From Protoeuglena noctilucae (Eukaryota): a stretch of DNA of 64,000 nt. The translations under genes were made by a program, and so were the position numbers. This document shows positions 13,026 to 26,600 of this stretch, piece after piece. Positions within the stretch are counted from its first letter, which is position 1. The number at the start of each line of letters is the position of its first letter. The notes below the pieces were generated by a model. That model had not been told where the DNA came from. It worked only from the letters and a program-made list of their open reading frames with translations, and did no database searches. The DNA is taken from NCBI GenBank assembly GCA_958009085.1, contig OY253670.1, forward strand, positions 930,001 to 994,000, read 5' to 3'.

Positions 13026-16000
13026 ATGCCGAGCCCGCTTCTCGTCGCGAGCTCCGCCCAGGTGAGCCGTGCACGGGCCGTCTGCTTCCCCCGCTCGCAC
13101 GCGACGACGCGACCGTCGTCCGCCCGGCCTGCTTCTGTAACCATGAGAGCCGGCTCCGCCTCGCGTGGGGTTGCTGGTTTTCCAGGCCTCCCGGCGCGCC
13201 GAGGCCACCGTGACAACGCGTCCCATTTCGCAAAGGCTCTCTCGACGCAGGGGACGCCTTCCCAGGACAGGAGGGCGCTCTCCACCATAACCAACTCCCC
13301 TCGTCCGGACTCGAGCCGTTCGCGCAAAGTCCCCGACTCGCCGGGTTCCGCCACGCCATCCGACTGCGCCCCACCTCCGGGCCTCGCCTCGCCCTCGCTT
13401 CAGGACCTGGTCACTCCGCGGCGCGCGCCCGCGATCGCTTCCGGCAAGTCGAACTCCGCCACGCCCCACGCGCGCCGCGCGTCCCGGGCCCCCACGCTCT
13501 CACACTCCGCGGAGCACGACGTCGCATTTGGCGGCCAGAGCTACCAGGAGCTGCAGGAGCTGCGCGCCCAGTACAGGTGCTAGCCCTGGCTGCGATGTGG
13601 CTGTTTTGGTTTCCAAATACTTTGTGGATGGTCCCCGGCGCACCCTCAGCGAGCCTGCCTTGCAAGCGCGCAGGAAGAAGGTGGAGGATGCGTATGAGAT
13701 TGTGAGGAAGCTCTGCACCGCGACCCTGTCCGGGCCGACGAGCCCGACGCTGTCCGCGGACCAAGGGCACCCGGGCCAGGGCGCCTCTGTCACTGAGGAC
13801 TCGCAGAGCGTGGCGGAGCTGAGAGCGCGATGCGACGCGCTCGCGCTGCGCAACCAAGAGCTGGAGTCGCTGCTGGCGGCAGCCGAGGGTCCTAAGCAGG
13901 CGCAGTCAACCCACGGGTGAGTCTGGCTGTGCGCCGCAAGCATGCAGGCGGCACCAACAACGAGCTGCGCTGCTGAGCTGCAACCCTGCCCACAACTCTC
14001 TCGCCCGCCTGCCCCTCCGCAGCTCGCCTCTTGCGTCATGCGTCCCTGTCCAGGCCGACGCAACGCCAGAGCCGCCGGCAAAGGGTAACGACCCCACGTG
14101 CGTCGATAGCAGCGACGTGGCAACGGGTCCCTGGGGGTTCTCCGCAGCCCCAACGCAGACCCCGCCGCGATGGCTGATGGACAACCCGCTCTATGTCACG
14201 CCGTCGATCCGGGGGCATGGGTGCTCCCCAGCACTCGAGCCATCCCATGCGGACGGGTGGGAGAGCCCCGTCACCTTCGTGTTGCCACACATGGACGACG
14301 ACTCAGACGCCGACACCCCCGGGGCTGCGGTCGACAGCGGCGTTGCGGCGCAGGGGGCGGGCGAACGTCCCACCACTGCGTTGGAGGTGCCTCGCTGCGA
14401 TGCGATTCGCAACCTACGTGCGATATGCGACGCTGCCTGTGTTGCCTGCATTGCCCATGCATACCTGAGTGGCAAGAGCTCTTTCTGGCCCCGCGTAGGT
14501 GACCCGACCCTCGTGCCGACCGTCGTGCCGTCTCGCGTTTCGCCCGCAGTGCCTGGGGACGTGTGCAACGGCTGAGGGTCTGGCCAGGGAGCTGGAGGAG
14601 CTCCGGGCGCGCGTCGCAGAGACGGACGCGGCGTTGCACGAGGCGCGGAACCGGGCGGAGCAGCTGAGTTCCGAGGCGGCGGCGATGCGGGGCGAGAGGG
14701 ACATGGCTAGGGAGCTGTGGGAGCGGGCGGAGGAGGGCTCTGGGCGCGCTCTGGCCGAAGCAGAGCAGCGAGCGCATGAGGCTGAGGGCAGGGCTTCGCG
14801 GGCGGAGGCCAGGGCGGCTGCTGCGGAGGCCTGCGTGCGTGAGATGGAGGCTGTGCGAGCGGGCGCGGGGCGGGCGGACGGGGGTGCACCGACGGCGCTG
14901 GACGTGCTGAGCGCCGTGGCGGCAGGAGGGGACGACGGCGAGGGTCTGTCAGCTGCAGAGCTGCGGAGGGCATTGGCGGAGAAAGAGACGCTGGTGGCGA
15001 CCCTTTTGTCCCAGAGCAAGCACCGCCAGCAGGTCATCAACAGCCTCAAGGTGGAGCTGGAGAAGGAGAAGTCGGCCGCGGAGGTGGGCATCCGGGAGGC
15101 GCTGCGGCTGGCCGAGGCGGCGGCCAAGGCCCACAAGCGCCAGACCAAATGCGTGGGTCTGTTGGAGGAGCGGCTGGCGATGGTGGAGGAGGAGGTGAGG
15201 CGAACGGGGGTGGGGCAGACACATGAGGGGTCAAGAGGGATGGGGGCTATGTGCCTGGGAACTGAGCTGCTGATTCCACCATGTTCGCGTTCCGCCTGAT
15301 CTCGCAGAGGGAGGTGGTCACCATGCAACTGGAGCGCGCCATATGCCGGGACATCGACCTATGCCGGGAGGTGGCGTCCCTGGAGGGTTGCGTCGCCCAC
15401 CTCATCGCCAGTCACGCGTGTCAGATGGCCGTGGCGAGGGACCACCTGCGGCAGGTGGCGGCGGCCCCGGACTGTGTTGAGGGCTCGGGTCCGCTCGTTT
15501 CCGAGGCTGCGCGGCGGGCGTGGGCCATCCGAGAGGCCGAGTTGCGGGAGGAGATAGACGAAGCAGCAGCGACCATCAGGTGCGGGTCAAAACTGCTCAG
15601 GGCGACAGACACGCAAACATGGGCCGGTTCCGCTGCGCAGGTGAGGCTCGATAACAGCCGCCGTCGCCGCGTGCCATGCGCCGCCGTGCCGCCCACAGGC
15701 GCCTCGAAGCGGACCTGGCTGCCCGTCTGGCGGAGACGTGCGCGCGGGACGCGACCCTCGCGTCGATGGCCCAAGAGCTCGAGGCGCGACAAGTGATGTC
15801 GGAGCATGCCGACCGCGTCATCGCAGCCCTGGAGGGCCGTGCTGGGGAAGCGGAGGCCGAGTGCGAGCGGCTGCGTGGGGAAGCTGCCGATGCCGAGGCG
15901 TGCTGCCGGGCACTCGAGTCGCGGCTGGCGGAGGCGGAGGGGCCCGAGCTGGTGAGTCACGCTCTGGCGCAGGGCCGGCGCGACGCGCCGCAGCTGTCGT

Positions 16001-19000
16001 CGTCTGGTTGTCGCAGTCACCGACTCAGTGGGCGCGATGAACGCTCACGTGCACCCCTCTTTGTACCCGCAGGTGCGGTGCCCGAGCCCGTCCGGCCTGC
16101 CGGCTGCGGCGTCCGCAAACCCCGCGGTCGCGCTGGACAGCGCCGCGCCCCAAGCGCTCTTTGCGTCCGACGGGTGGGAGTCGGACCAGGTGGCATGCGG
16201 GTCGCCTGGGCGGGCCAGCAGCCCCACGCTGCCGCCGCCCTGCTTCGACGATAACGTCGACGGCGCGCGTGGAGACGAGGGCCGCGCGGCAGAGGAGGGG
16301 TGGGAGTCGCCCAGCAAGGTGCTGGGGTGGGCGGCTGTGTCTCCGGAGGTGACACGGCGTCCCAGGCGGTCCCGCCAGACGAGCGATTCGTGCGAGAGGC
16401 GCAACCAGCGGCGGGAGGAGGGCTGGGAGTCTGCATGGGGCGACGCCGTCGAGGGGTGGGAGGGCGGGCTCGATGGGGCATCGGTGCGGATGAGCGTGGG
16501 GGTGTCTGAGGCCGTCACGCTCTCCAACAGGTGCCCTTGCGCGCCGGTGCCCCTGGCAGCAGCGTCTGTGGCGATCTAGAGGCCTGAGAGCCGTGACTGC
16601 CCATACGCCGCTGCTTAATGGGTCTGTGAACGCGCCCTGTCCTTGATCGCCCGCAGGGTGCAGCGTCTGGAGGTGGAGCTCAGCGCCGCGCGTGATCGCT
16701 CGGAGGCACTGCAAGCGGAGGTGGAGCGCCTCACGGCCCAGCTTCTGGCGGCGACGAGGGCGCAGGCAGCGCCAGGAGCGACACCGCAGCATGGCTCACC
16801 GGAGGCCAGCATCCCGGTCGGGGTCTCGCGCCCGCCCTCGGTGGCCCTCATCGACCGCGACGAGGCGTCCTCTGATGTCTGGGACGCAGTGAGCCTTGAG
16901 GACGGCACGGCAGGGCAGGCACGGCCAGCCAAGGTGGAAAGGTGAGCGGAACGTCGGGCTGCGAAACGAGCGAGCGGCAGCAGAGTATCCCGCGACAGGC
17001 CCGCCATCGAGCGCTCGGTCGCCCTTGACCAGCAGCCCCTCCAGCCTGGCGGCACGCATCACCGAGTCGGTGTCGAACGTCTTCACCGCCGTCCTGTCGC
17101 CAAAGGCCTCGTCCCCGGACCTGGGCGGCGCGCGAGGGCACATCAAGGCTCTCACCTTGGCTCTCTCGTGAGTACCTGGGACATGGTGTTGCTCTGTGAG
17201 TGGCGATCTGCTGCCCCTAAGATGTCATGACAGACATAGCTGTGCGTCGTCCCTCTCGCAGGCAAAAGACGGCGGAGCTGGAGCACACGACCAGCAGGCT
17301 CGCGGCCACCGAGGCGCAGCTGCAGGAGGCGAGACGGGAGATGGTGGCCGCCTGGGCCCACGCAGGCGTGACGGCGCAGGCGCTGAGGAGTGAGGCGAGC
17401 GACCTGCGCGTCCGCATGGAGAGGGACGCGGCGACCGCGGAGGCGCTGCGGGGCCAGGTCGACGCCCTGAGGGTCGCGGCGGAGGCGGCAGAGGAGCGTT
17501 CGGCTGCGCTGGAGGCAGAAGCTGCGTCACTGCGCGCCGAGGTCGGCTCGTCACGAGAGGCGGTGGCAGAGGCCCTTCGCCGGGCCGGCGAGGCGGAGAC
17601 CGCGGCGGAGCTGGCGGCGCAGAGGGCTGCGGGGCACGAGGAGGCGGCGGAGGAGGCCCGGGCGAGGGCGGCGGAGCTGGCGGGCGCGCTGGAGGTCGCG
17701 GAGCGTGCCCTGGCGGTGCAGCAGCGAGAGGCGGCTGACACGGTGGCCAGCCCAGGAGTGTCCGTGTCCGTCTGCGACGCCAGCACCAGCCCATCGCAGC
17801 CCCGGGTCTGCGGCCGGCAGGGCAGCGCCCGGTCCCCCCAGCGTAGCGCGAGGCCGGCGGTGGCGGTGGTGGACGAGGAGCGGGTGCGGCTGGCGGCAGA
17901 GCTGGCCCAGGCCAACGCGCGCAACCAGTCGCTGACGGCGCGGAACTCGGAGCTCGAGGAGGAGGCGAGGGCGGCGCTGAGGAGGGCGTCGTCCGTCGAG
18001 TCGGTGACGATCGAGCTGGCCGTCAAAAGCAGGGAGGCCGCGGCGCTGCGGGCCCGGGTCGCAGCCCTGGAGGCGTCGTTGGAGGCGGCGTCGGCTGCGG
18101 AGCGGGAGGCGCGTCATGTGGCGGACGCAGCCGTGGCTTGCGTGCGGGACGCGGAGGGCGAGGCGTGCGACGCCGTGCTCGACGCCGTGATCGCCGAGAC
18201 GCAGGCAGACGTCGCCGCAGCAGACGAAGACCGTTTGTCTGCCGCGCTGGCCCAGGCGCGCGCTGAGGCGCAAGTGGCTCAGCAGCGCGCCTGCGAAGTG
18301 GCCGCGGAGGCTAGTGCTGAGGTGGCAGCTGCGCACAAGCGGGCGGATGCAGCGGGGTGGCGGCGCATGGCAGCGGCGCTGGACGCCGCCGACGCGGCGT
18401 GGACTGCAGCGGCGGGGCTGGCGGTGGTGCTGGGCCACACATCGGCGGGCGTGCAGGAGCTCTATAAGACAAACGAGAACGAGAGCGCGATGTGGCGAAG
18501 AGAGGTGGACGGCTTGGAGGCCGAGGTCTGGAGGCTGCAGGGTCTGCTGGGAGACGCTGTCTCGGAGCTGGCGGCCGAGGCGGCGGCGAGGGAGGCAGCA
18601 GAGGCGGCCGTGCATGCGACGGAGGTGGGGGTGTGCAACTTGACCTGCCGCATGTGTGCGCTCCTGGCGACGGCCGGCGACGCAGGGACCTCGGGGCAAG
18701 TGGCCGGGGCGGAGGGTTTGGGGGCGCTGGAAGCAGCAGACGCGGTGTTGGGAGCCGTGGAGCGCGAGTGGGGCCGGCTCGCGGTCGGGGCGCGTGCGTC
18801 GACGCAAAAGGCGAAGGTCGCGCTGCACAAGATGCGGCAGGCGCGAGCGGAGGCGGAGGAGCTGCGGCAGCGTGTGGCGGGGGCGGAAGCTGAGGTGGCG
18901 GCGGCGAGGCAGGCGCAGGCGAGGGTGGAGGAGCGGGTGCGGGTCTGCGAAGGCGAGGACGATCGAGACGCACCGGCATGCGCCGCCGAGCTGCAGCAGC

Positions 19001-21632
19001 AGCTGGCCGCAATGACGGCGCGGTTCTCAGAGGCGGACGCCGAGGCGACGCAACTGGCAGCCAAGGTGCGCTGGAAGGAGATGTGCGGGAGCTGGCGCTC
19101 CCTATCTTAGTGGGTATTCTCACCTCGCCTGCCGCGTTGTGTCCCAGGTGCTCCGGCTCGACCTGGAGGCCAAGGTGGCGCGGGGCGACTGGGAGCGGGC
19201 GGAGTCCCGGGCGACCGCGGCGGAGGGGCGGGCCGCGGACCTGACACGTCGGGCGGAGGCGCTAGAGGGAGCGCTGCGAGCTGCCGAGAGCGCGGCGGGA
19301 CAGGCGGAGCTGCGGGCACGGGAGGCATGCGAGGCGCGAGAGCGGGCGATGCACCGGGAGCTTGCGGCGGTCGTGGCGGAGCTGGCCGCAGAGGCAAACG
19401 GTCTGGAGAGCACCGCCAGTGGGGACGAGACGGCGTTGGACGTGGCGGCCCTGGCAGAGGCTGTGCAAGGCGCCTGCAGGCGTTGGCGCGCTGCCCGACA
19501 GCACGCGGAGGCCGCGGCTCGCGAGGACCGGGCGGCGATGGAGGCGGCGCTGGCGGGGGCAGCGGCAGAGGCGGGCGCCCTTCGTGAGCGAGCGGCGGCT
19601 GCGTCTGCCCGAGTGGAGGAGCTGGAGGGGACCATCGCGACGGTTCGGGAGGAGGCGGTGCGGCGCGTGGCGGGGGCGGAAACCACGGCCCTCCGCCGCG
19701 TTCAGGAGGCAGAGGAGAGGGCGCGGGAGGAGCTGGTGGCGGAGCGGCGGGAGGCCGAGGAGGGCGCTGAGCGTGCGGAGCGGGCGGAGGAGAGGGTGCG
19801 GGCGCTGGTGGAGGAGGTGGGCGAGCTGCGAGGGTATCTGTCGCAGGCAGAGGCGGCGCGGGCCGCGGCAGAGCGGGAGGCGGAGGGGCAGGCGGTGCAG
19901 CGGGCGGAGGCGGCGGAGCGGGCGGTGCGGCAGGTCGAGGCCCTCGAGTCCCGGAGCGCGTCTCTGGCGTCTGAACTGGCGACGGCGCAGCGCCAGAGGG
20001 ACGAGGCCCAGGGCGACCTGCGTCACGCGCACGCCATGCAGGACCAGCTGCAGGCGCTGCTGGACGGCAAGAACGTCGAGATCAACGCTGCGGCGGCGGA
20101 GGCGGACCTGCTTCGCCGCGCGCTGGCCAACCAGAGCGCCGAGGCGGAGGCGGCGGGCGGCGGCGGCCGAGCGGGCCGAGGAGTGCGCGCGGGGCGACCG
20201 GCTGGCGGCGGTGGAGGCGGTCGCGGCGCTGAAGGAGGCGCTGGCCCGGCATAAGGCGCGGACGCGTGCGTTGCAGGGCCAGGTGGCGGCGTCGGCGTCC
20301 CGGGAGACGCGGGCGAGGCTGCAGCTGGCGATGAGGGAGCAGGAGGCACGGGCTGGGGAGGCGCGGGCGGCGGCCCTGCAGGCGACGTTGGAGGAGATGA
20401 TGCGCGAGCCGGGCTGGAAGAGCAGCCCGTCGGGGAAGGTGAGCATCCGCGGCGATGCAGCGGGGCTGCGGGTGGCGCATTCCAGACCCCCAGGTTTGCG
20501 ATGAACCTCTCGGGTCTTTCACCGGCTGTGACGCAGGCGCGCTTCCGACCCGAGGCGAACGCCGCCGCGGTGCGCGACGAGCGCGATGGCCTGCAGGCGT
20601 CCCTGGAGTCCCTGCGAGACGTGGTGCGGGAGATGTCACAGGAGCGCGCCGCGCTGTTCCGGGAGCTGCAGGACGGCGGGTGCGAGGCGCACGTGGTGGC
20701 TGGCAGCGGGGGGCTCCTGCTGGCCGTCCGCGCGCTGGTCCAGGAGCTGGGATCCGCCCGGGCGAGGCTGGAGGACGTCGGGGCCAGGGCGGGGGAGGCG
20801 CTGTCGAGCCTGGAGGCCGCGGCAGTTGAGTGCGTCCAGGCACACGAGGAGCTCTCGAGGGGCGTGTCGATGAGCCCGGGTGCCGAGGAGCCGGCCGGGC
20901 CCGCGGCGCCCGCCACCCCCGCGAGCGGCCTGCCAGCGGACGGTGGGGCCTGGACCCCGGGCTCGGTCGACCGGCCCCAGGCCTGCGAGTCGCCTTCGCT
21001 GCCGGGGAGCAGCCTGTCGTCAGGGAGCTCCTCCTTCGAGCGCCAGGCCGCCTCGGCGCTCCGTGCGTCGCGTGCCCTGCTCGACCGCCTCGGCATGGCC
21101 CGCGCGTCCCTGAGCGCTCTCGGGGCCCAGGGCCTCGCGGCAGGCGCCGTCGTCACGCTGGGCCCTCGCGCGCTGCCCTTTGCCAGCGATGGCGATGTCA
21201 ACAGCGCTGCGCCCGCCCTCACGGACGCGACCAACCGGCCGGGATCCAAGGCCGAGCGGGCGAGTGCCACTGCAGGCATGCCTTGCTCGCATGCGACCCG
21301 CCTCACGTCTCGCGGCCGAAATGCGCCGTCCCCGTCCCCGCAGGCCAACGCCCGGCGTGGCTTCTGGGGTTTCCTGAGGCAAGACAAGCGCCAGAAGCAC
21401 GCCGCTGTGTCGGAACCGCCGGCTGCGGACGCCCCCGACAGCCCTCCTAGGGCAGGGGTGAGTGCCGCATGCGAGTCGTTGCGCGTGAGGCGTGGAGCTC
21501 TGGTTGCCCTGTTTAGGACGCTGAAGGACGCTGTGCTCGCAGGGGCCCGCCACGGGCTCCCCAGGCAGCAAGGGCAGCACGCTGGGGAGCCGCATTGCTC
21601 GAGTGATGGACCAGGCCTGGAGCGCTCGATAG
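13026..21632 (+). CDS. Very large multi-exon Ala/Glu/Arg-rich coiled-coil protein of unknown family, with an apparent +1 frameshift near 20156
   Basis: Long heptad-like exons (14570-15195, 17262-19065, 19149-20438) are linked by GT-AG introns. The spliced last exon ends at TAG 21630-21632. Ends are uncertain. Confidence 0.65.
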
Positions 21633-21744
21633 ATTCGATAGGGGTGCACTGGGTGACTCGCACTGCTACCGTGATTGTGATACAATACTATTTGCGCTCC
21701 TTTCAAAGATTGCGTGTGTTAGGTGCTACGCGCTACGCGCTCCC

Positions 21745-22912
21745 TCAGAGCCCGATGAAGAGCCGGCGGTGCTTGCCCTGCTTGTTGTTCCAGTCCTGAG
21801 GCACGGGCTCCGCGGCTTTGCCGTTGAACGCCTGGACCAGTGGGCCTGGGCTCTTGCCGTCGCACTGCTTCGCGTCTGGCCCACCGCAGTTGGAGGGCTT
21901 TTTGCTGGCGCTCGTGCTGCCGTCGCCGGGGCTCGCGCCGCCCGGCGGGTCTCCCGCCTGGGCGCCGGGGCGGTAGCCGCAGTCCACGGGGCGGTACTCG
22001 ATGCCGATCGCGCCCTTGCCCTGCGGCGGGTGAGCATGGAGGGGCGCGGCTGTGGCGTCCGGTTGAGCCAGCCAGCACCCGACACATGCCTGGTGGTTCC
22101 CAAGTCACCTTGGACGCGAGCTTCTCAAACGCCCACTGGGAGAGGTCGAAGTGCGGCATGTCGCCGCAGCACCAGCGCTTGTTGGAGGCCTCGTTGCCCG
22201 GCTTGTAGCACGGGCACGAGTCCGTGATGGTCACGACGATCGACTTGGTGGGGTCGTAGCACGCGTCCTCCCGGTGGAGCTCGGCGCCGTTGCCGTCCGT
22301 GAAGGACGCGGGCCGGCAGCGGACCTCAAAGCACTTGCCGCAGCTCCCGTCGAAGCCCGCCATCTTGTCGCTGATGGCCGCGATGTCCCAGCCAGTCCCG
22401 GCATGGGGGTCCAAGTAGCCATAGCCGCAGTTCCCTGCGCGCAGAGGCCCCAGCAGGTGGTGAAGCTGAGCGCCACCACCCTGCCGCAATTGCGGCGATT
22501 GGCGGGCTGTCCTTGCACGTACTAACATGAATCAGTAACATGATATGCCGTGTGCCAGGTGTTGGTTGCACAGATGCGCGGAATCGCGCATCGGCGGCAC
22601 GAGGTGCTGGGGGGAAAACAGCCCGCTGCATCCACACAGGCCTCCAGAGGCAGTTACACGCTCCCAGGCGAACGTTTACATCAAAATCTATAGCGCACAC
22701 AGACTGCACTGGCGCGAAACGGCCGCATCGGACGCAGCGAGCCTGGGGTGCCTGTCCTCCCGTTTCCCTCCCCCCAGCCCTGGTGCCTCACCAGAGTGAA
22801 TGCTCATGGACGAGCTGTCCCCATACCACGTCGCTCTTCCCGCGGACCACGCCGCAGCGCCGAGAACCCGCGCAGAAGCGAGGGCGGCCGCCAAAAGGAG
22901 GGCTGAAGACAT
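21745..22912 (-). CDS. Secreted expansin-like/RlpA-type double-psi beta-barrel (DPBB) protein
   Basis: Signal peptide MSSALLLAAALASA, then GRATWYG, G|NCGYG, GSCGKCFEVRC, VVTITDSCPC, WCCGDMPHFDLSQWAFEKLA and IEYRPVDC. Confidence 0.85.
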
Positions 22913-23646
22913 GGCTATCGAACGGGAAAGGGTCGGACTGGTCTCCTTAATTCAACTGTTGATTGCGGCAGGGTTTGGTAGGCGCAGGCACGGCGAGGCG
23001 CGAACAATTTTTGGCGGTTTCAAGCACCAGTCAGACGATCCCCCCCCCCCGCCCACATACGCGCACCCCTGCAGTCTCCTGGCCACAATATGAAGCCACA
23101 ATCGTCTCGAGCGTTCTTTTGACTGTCCTGCCCCCTGCGACCCTCGACATGATCGGAGTTTGCGTATCTAGAGTCCAAACAGCCCACCTGGAGGGCCGCT
23201 AGCTCAGTCTGCGAGCAGGCGAGTGCACAGTGGGGTTCCGCCGACCTGCCTCGGCACGTCTGCAGCCCTGAGCTTCTGAGGAAAGTGTTGGACAAGACAT
23301 GAGTTGACCGCGCAAGTACGGCTCCCAGACTCGGGCGCGTGGGGCGCTCAGGGCGCAAGTCGGGGTTTCTGTGCTAGCTTGTTTCCCTGCCATGCACCTG
23401 GGGCGGCGCCGGGCAAAGCGCGCGTGAGGTCTCATGCGGGCGTTGGGACCGCCGGTGTTTGCGAGCAAGGCAGCCCAATGTGTCGCCGCCGGCTTGGGTT
23501 TCACGAACAATCGCATCCATAGATGCTGTCTCGCCCTGCCTCGCGTGCCCGCTGCTTCGGAGGAGGGCGCATGCACTTCCTGCGCAGAGGCCTCTCAAAT
23601 GTGTCTTTTCCACGCAGGCTGCGCCCGCTTCCAATCTCCTTATCCA

Positions 23647-26600
23647 ATGGAGCGGAATGCGGGGGGTCAGGTGTTATCTCCGAAAAACACGGCGACGACG
23701 GTGGGACACGCTGGCCCCCTTGCGGGGGCCGGCAGGGCGACGCAGCTGTTGGACCCCCTCCGCCATCACTCGAGCGCCGCCGAGTCCATCTTCCGTCCCC
23801 AAGCACCGTCGGGACCGTCCGAGAACGATGTCCAGCCAGGCCTGCCCAGTGAGCAGCGCGTCCAGCACTGCCAGCCGAGCCCAGGCATCAGCCGCGGCAT
23901 CGCTCACGCTTGAACATGAACTATGCACCTGCCCGCAGTCACCATGTCCATGGAGCTGAACGTGTCGCAGGAGACGCAGCGGGCCCACGAGCGGGAGCTG
24001 GCGCTCGTGCGGATCGTGGAGGGGTTCCGGACAGGCGCGCTCGCCAGCAGCCGAGGTGGGTGGGCGCCGAGGCTGGGTGAAGGGTGGATGCTGGGTGCTG
24101 CGCGCGCATGCTGGCCAGCCACAGCTGCTCCCACGCGCCTGGCGCCCGCAGTGGCCCTCCAGGTCCACTGCGCCCTCTCAGCGCTCCTGCTCGTGCTCCC
24201 CACGACGGCCGTGGTCCTCAGCGAGAGCTTCTCCGCCAGTCGCAACTGGGCTCATCGGTGGGACTCAAACACGTACTTGGATCCCGGTGAGGCAGTGGGT
24301 GCGATGCTCAGGGCGCCGGCACCGACGTCCGCTCCCGACTCCACAGAGCCACCGCCCTCGCCCGCACCGTCCGCAGCGCGCGTGGCGCCGGCCGTCGCCA
24401 TGGTCGTCGTCGTGCTCATCGAGTGCACCTCGTACGCCGCCGCCTTCGTGGGCCTCACGCTCCGCAGCACCTACCACGCCGCCACGCGCGTATACCCCTT
24501 CGTCGCCAGTGGTGTCGTGGTGGCCTCGTCCCTGCTGTACCTGCTGGGCGTCAGCGCCATGAGCAGCAGCGGTGCGTGAGCGCCAGATACCCTAGGGTAC
24601 CCTTACCCGGTACCTTCCACTGCCCGCGCGTGCGACAATGCCACCGGTGCTGGCCCGCCTGCAGAGGTCCAAGGGGTGTGGGGCATGCAGCGGCCCGCAG
24701 AGATCGGAGTGCTCATGGCGGTCGTGTTCGGCAGCACCGCTGGGGTCCTGCAGGCGAGGGCCGCGCGTGCAGGACACGTGTGTCGCCTCAAATGAACGTC
24801 CCTCTGCCCAGTTGACGCTGTCAGTCCGATCACGGCCTCTCGTCCCGGCCCCTCGCAGGCGGTGCGCCCCACACCAGTGCTCCTGACCTCCTCCATGTTT
24901 CTGGTGGCCAGTGAAGCCCTCCTCGCTTCTCGGGCCCACACCGACGCTGCGGGTGCTGCCGTCGCCCGCATCGCCGTCTGCCTCCCCATCTACCTCGCGC
25001 TGTCCTATTGGATGCGGTTCTGCGTGGACCCCAGCTTCACGGGGCCGTTCATGGCCCCCGTTGCCGCGGGGCTTCGGTGGGTCCTGCGAAGGGTGGGCGG
25101 CCACCGCCTGGGTGAGAAGATGGCCGGCGATACCACCAAGGTCGTCATCCTCCTCGCGCTCAGGTGCCTGCGCTCGCGGTATACCACGTCCATGGCTGGT
25201 TCATGCAAACACGGCCGGGGTGACTGTGAGCGCAATCTGCACCTCCCGGCTCACCCGCAGCGCGTGCTTCTCGCCCCTCTGCCTCGCCACGCTCGGCGCC
25301 ACGCTCTTCTGGTCTGCGTGCGCCGGCAGTGTCAGTGGGAATCTGTTTATCAGTACCGTTTCCCTGGGCTACCTCGTGCTGTTCGGGGCATTAGGCGTTG
25401 GAATCGAGGTGCGTGGGGGGGGGGTAGGACTGTGGCTTGCCGTGCTTCGTGCGCCCCTCTGAGCGATCCGCAGAGCAGACACAGACACCCCCCGTCGCTG
25501 GCGCCGCAGATGTCTCGGATCCTCGTAGCTTCGCGGGAGGCCGTGATCGAGAACATTGTGCCGAAGGAGGTGGGCCAGGCCCTCATCCAGTCCCGCATCT
25601 CTGCACGTCACGTCGACGGTGACTGCCGCACGGACTGCCTTGACAACATGGTCGGGGCATCCGAGCTGGCGACCCGCAAGCACCCGACGCGACGACACAA
25701 CACCTCACCTCGCACACTGCCCGCAGCGGACGACTGGCGGCGTGCGCCCACTGGCCGCGCGTCAACTTCCATGGAGACGCGCACGGCACGCAAGTCCTTG
25801 GACGCTAGGGACGTCGACCTGGCAGCAGAGGCGAGCTCCCCGCGGGCCAGGATGTGGCGCAAGGGGCCCAGCTCCCGCGTGGGGCCCTCCAGGGCGTCCG
25901 AAGACACGCACGCGAGCGCGGCAAACGTGCTGGCGAACCGACGCATCGCCACACCGGCCCGGGCCGCGACGACCAGGACCGCACAGGCCCTGCTGGGTGA
26001 GGCGCAGTGGGGGGCTCAAGCGCGGTCGAGCGGGGCGCAAAGGCGCGTGCACGACGCGGCAGCTGCCCATGGCTCCGCAGGTCCGGGGCATGGCGAGGCC
26101 GCCACGACGCCGGGGACGCCGCAGCCGCCCCCAGTGCAGCTCCGGCTCGTCACGCCGCCTTTCCAAGCGTCCGAGGCGCACGCCGCCGACGGGCCGCCCC
26201 AGCAGGGCGTGTGGAAGAACATCCTTGCGCCGGTCATGCGCCGCACGGCGTGCGAGGACCCCGTGTCGCCGTCCGCCGGGATGCGACAGCGGCGACCCTC
26301 GCCGCTGGTGCTGCCCGCGCCCGACCTCTCGGACATGAGCCGACCCCGCACGCCCCTCGGCATCCAGTCGACGGCGCTGGACGGCATGCAGGGCGGCGCC
26401 GTGGTGCTGCCCTATTACCGTGACTTTGAGGACGTGGGCATGCTCTTCTCGGACGTGGTCGGGTTCACGTCCATGTCGGCGCAGCTGCCGCCCAAGCGCA
26501 TCCTCCTCCTTCTGCACCAGTGCTTCTCCGCCATCGACAAATGCGTCAGGCACCTGGGCGCTTTCAAGGCGAGGCCGCGTGCATGCCGCGGCACCTGTCT

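Noticed and set aside
21632..21799. Apparent CDS overlap between ORF 20501..21799 (+) and the expansin-like gene (-)
   Set aside because: A GT-AG intron at about 21458-21542 shifts the frame so the plus-strand gene stops at 21632.
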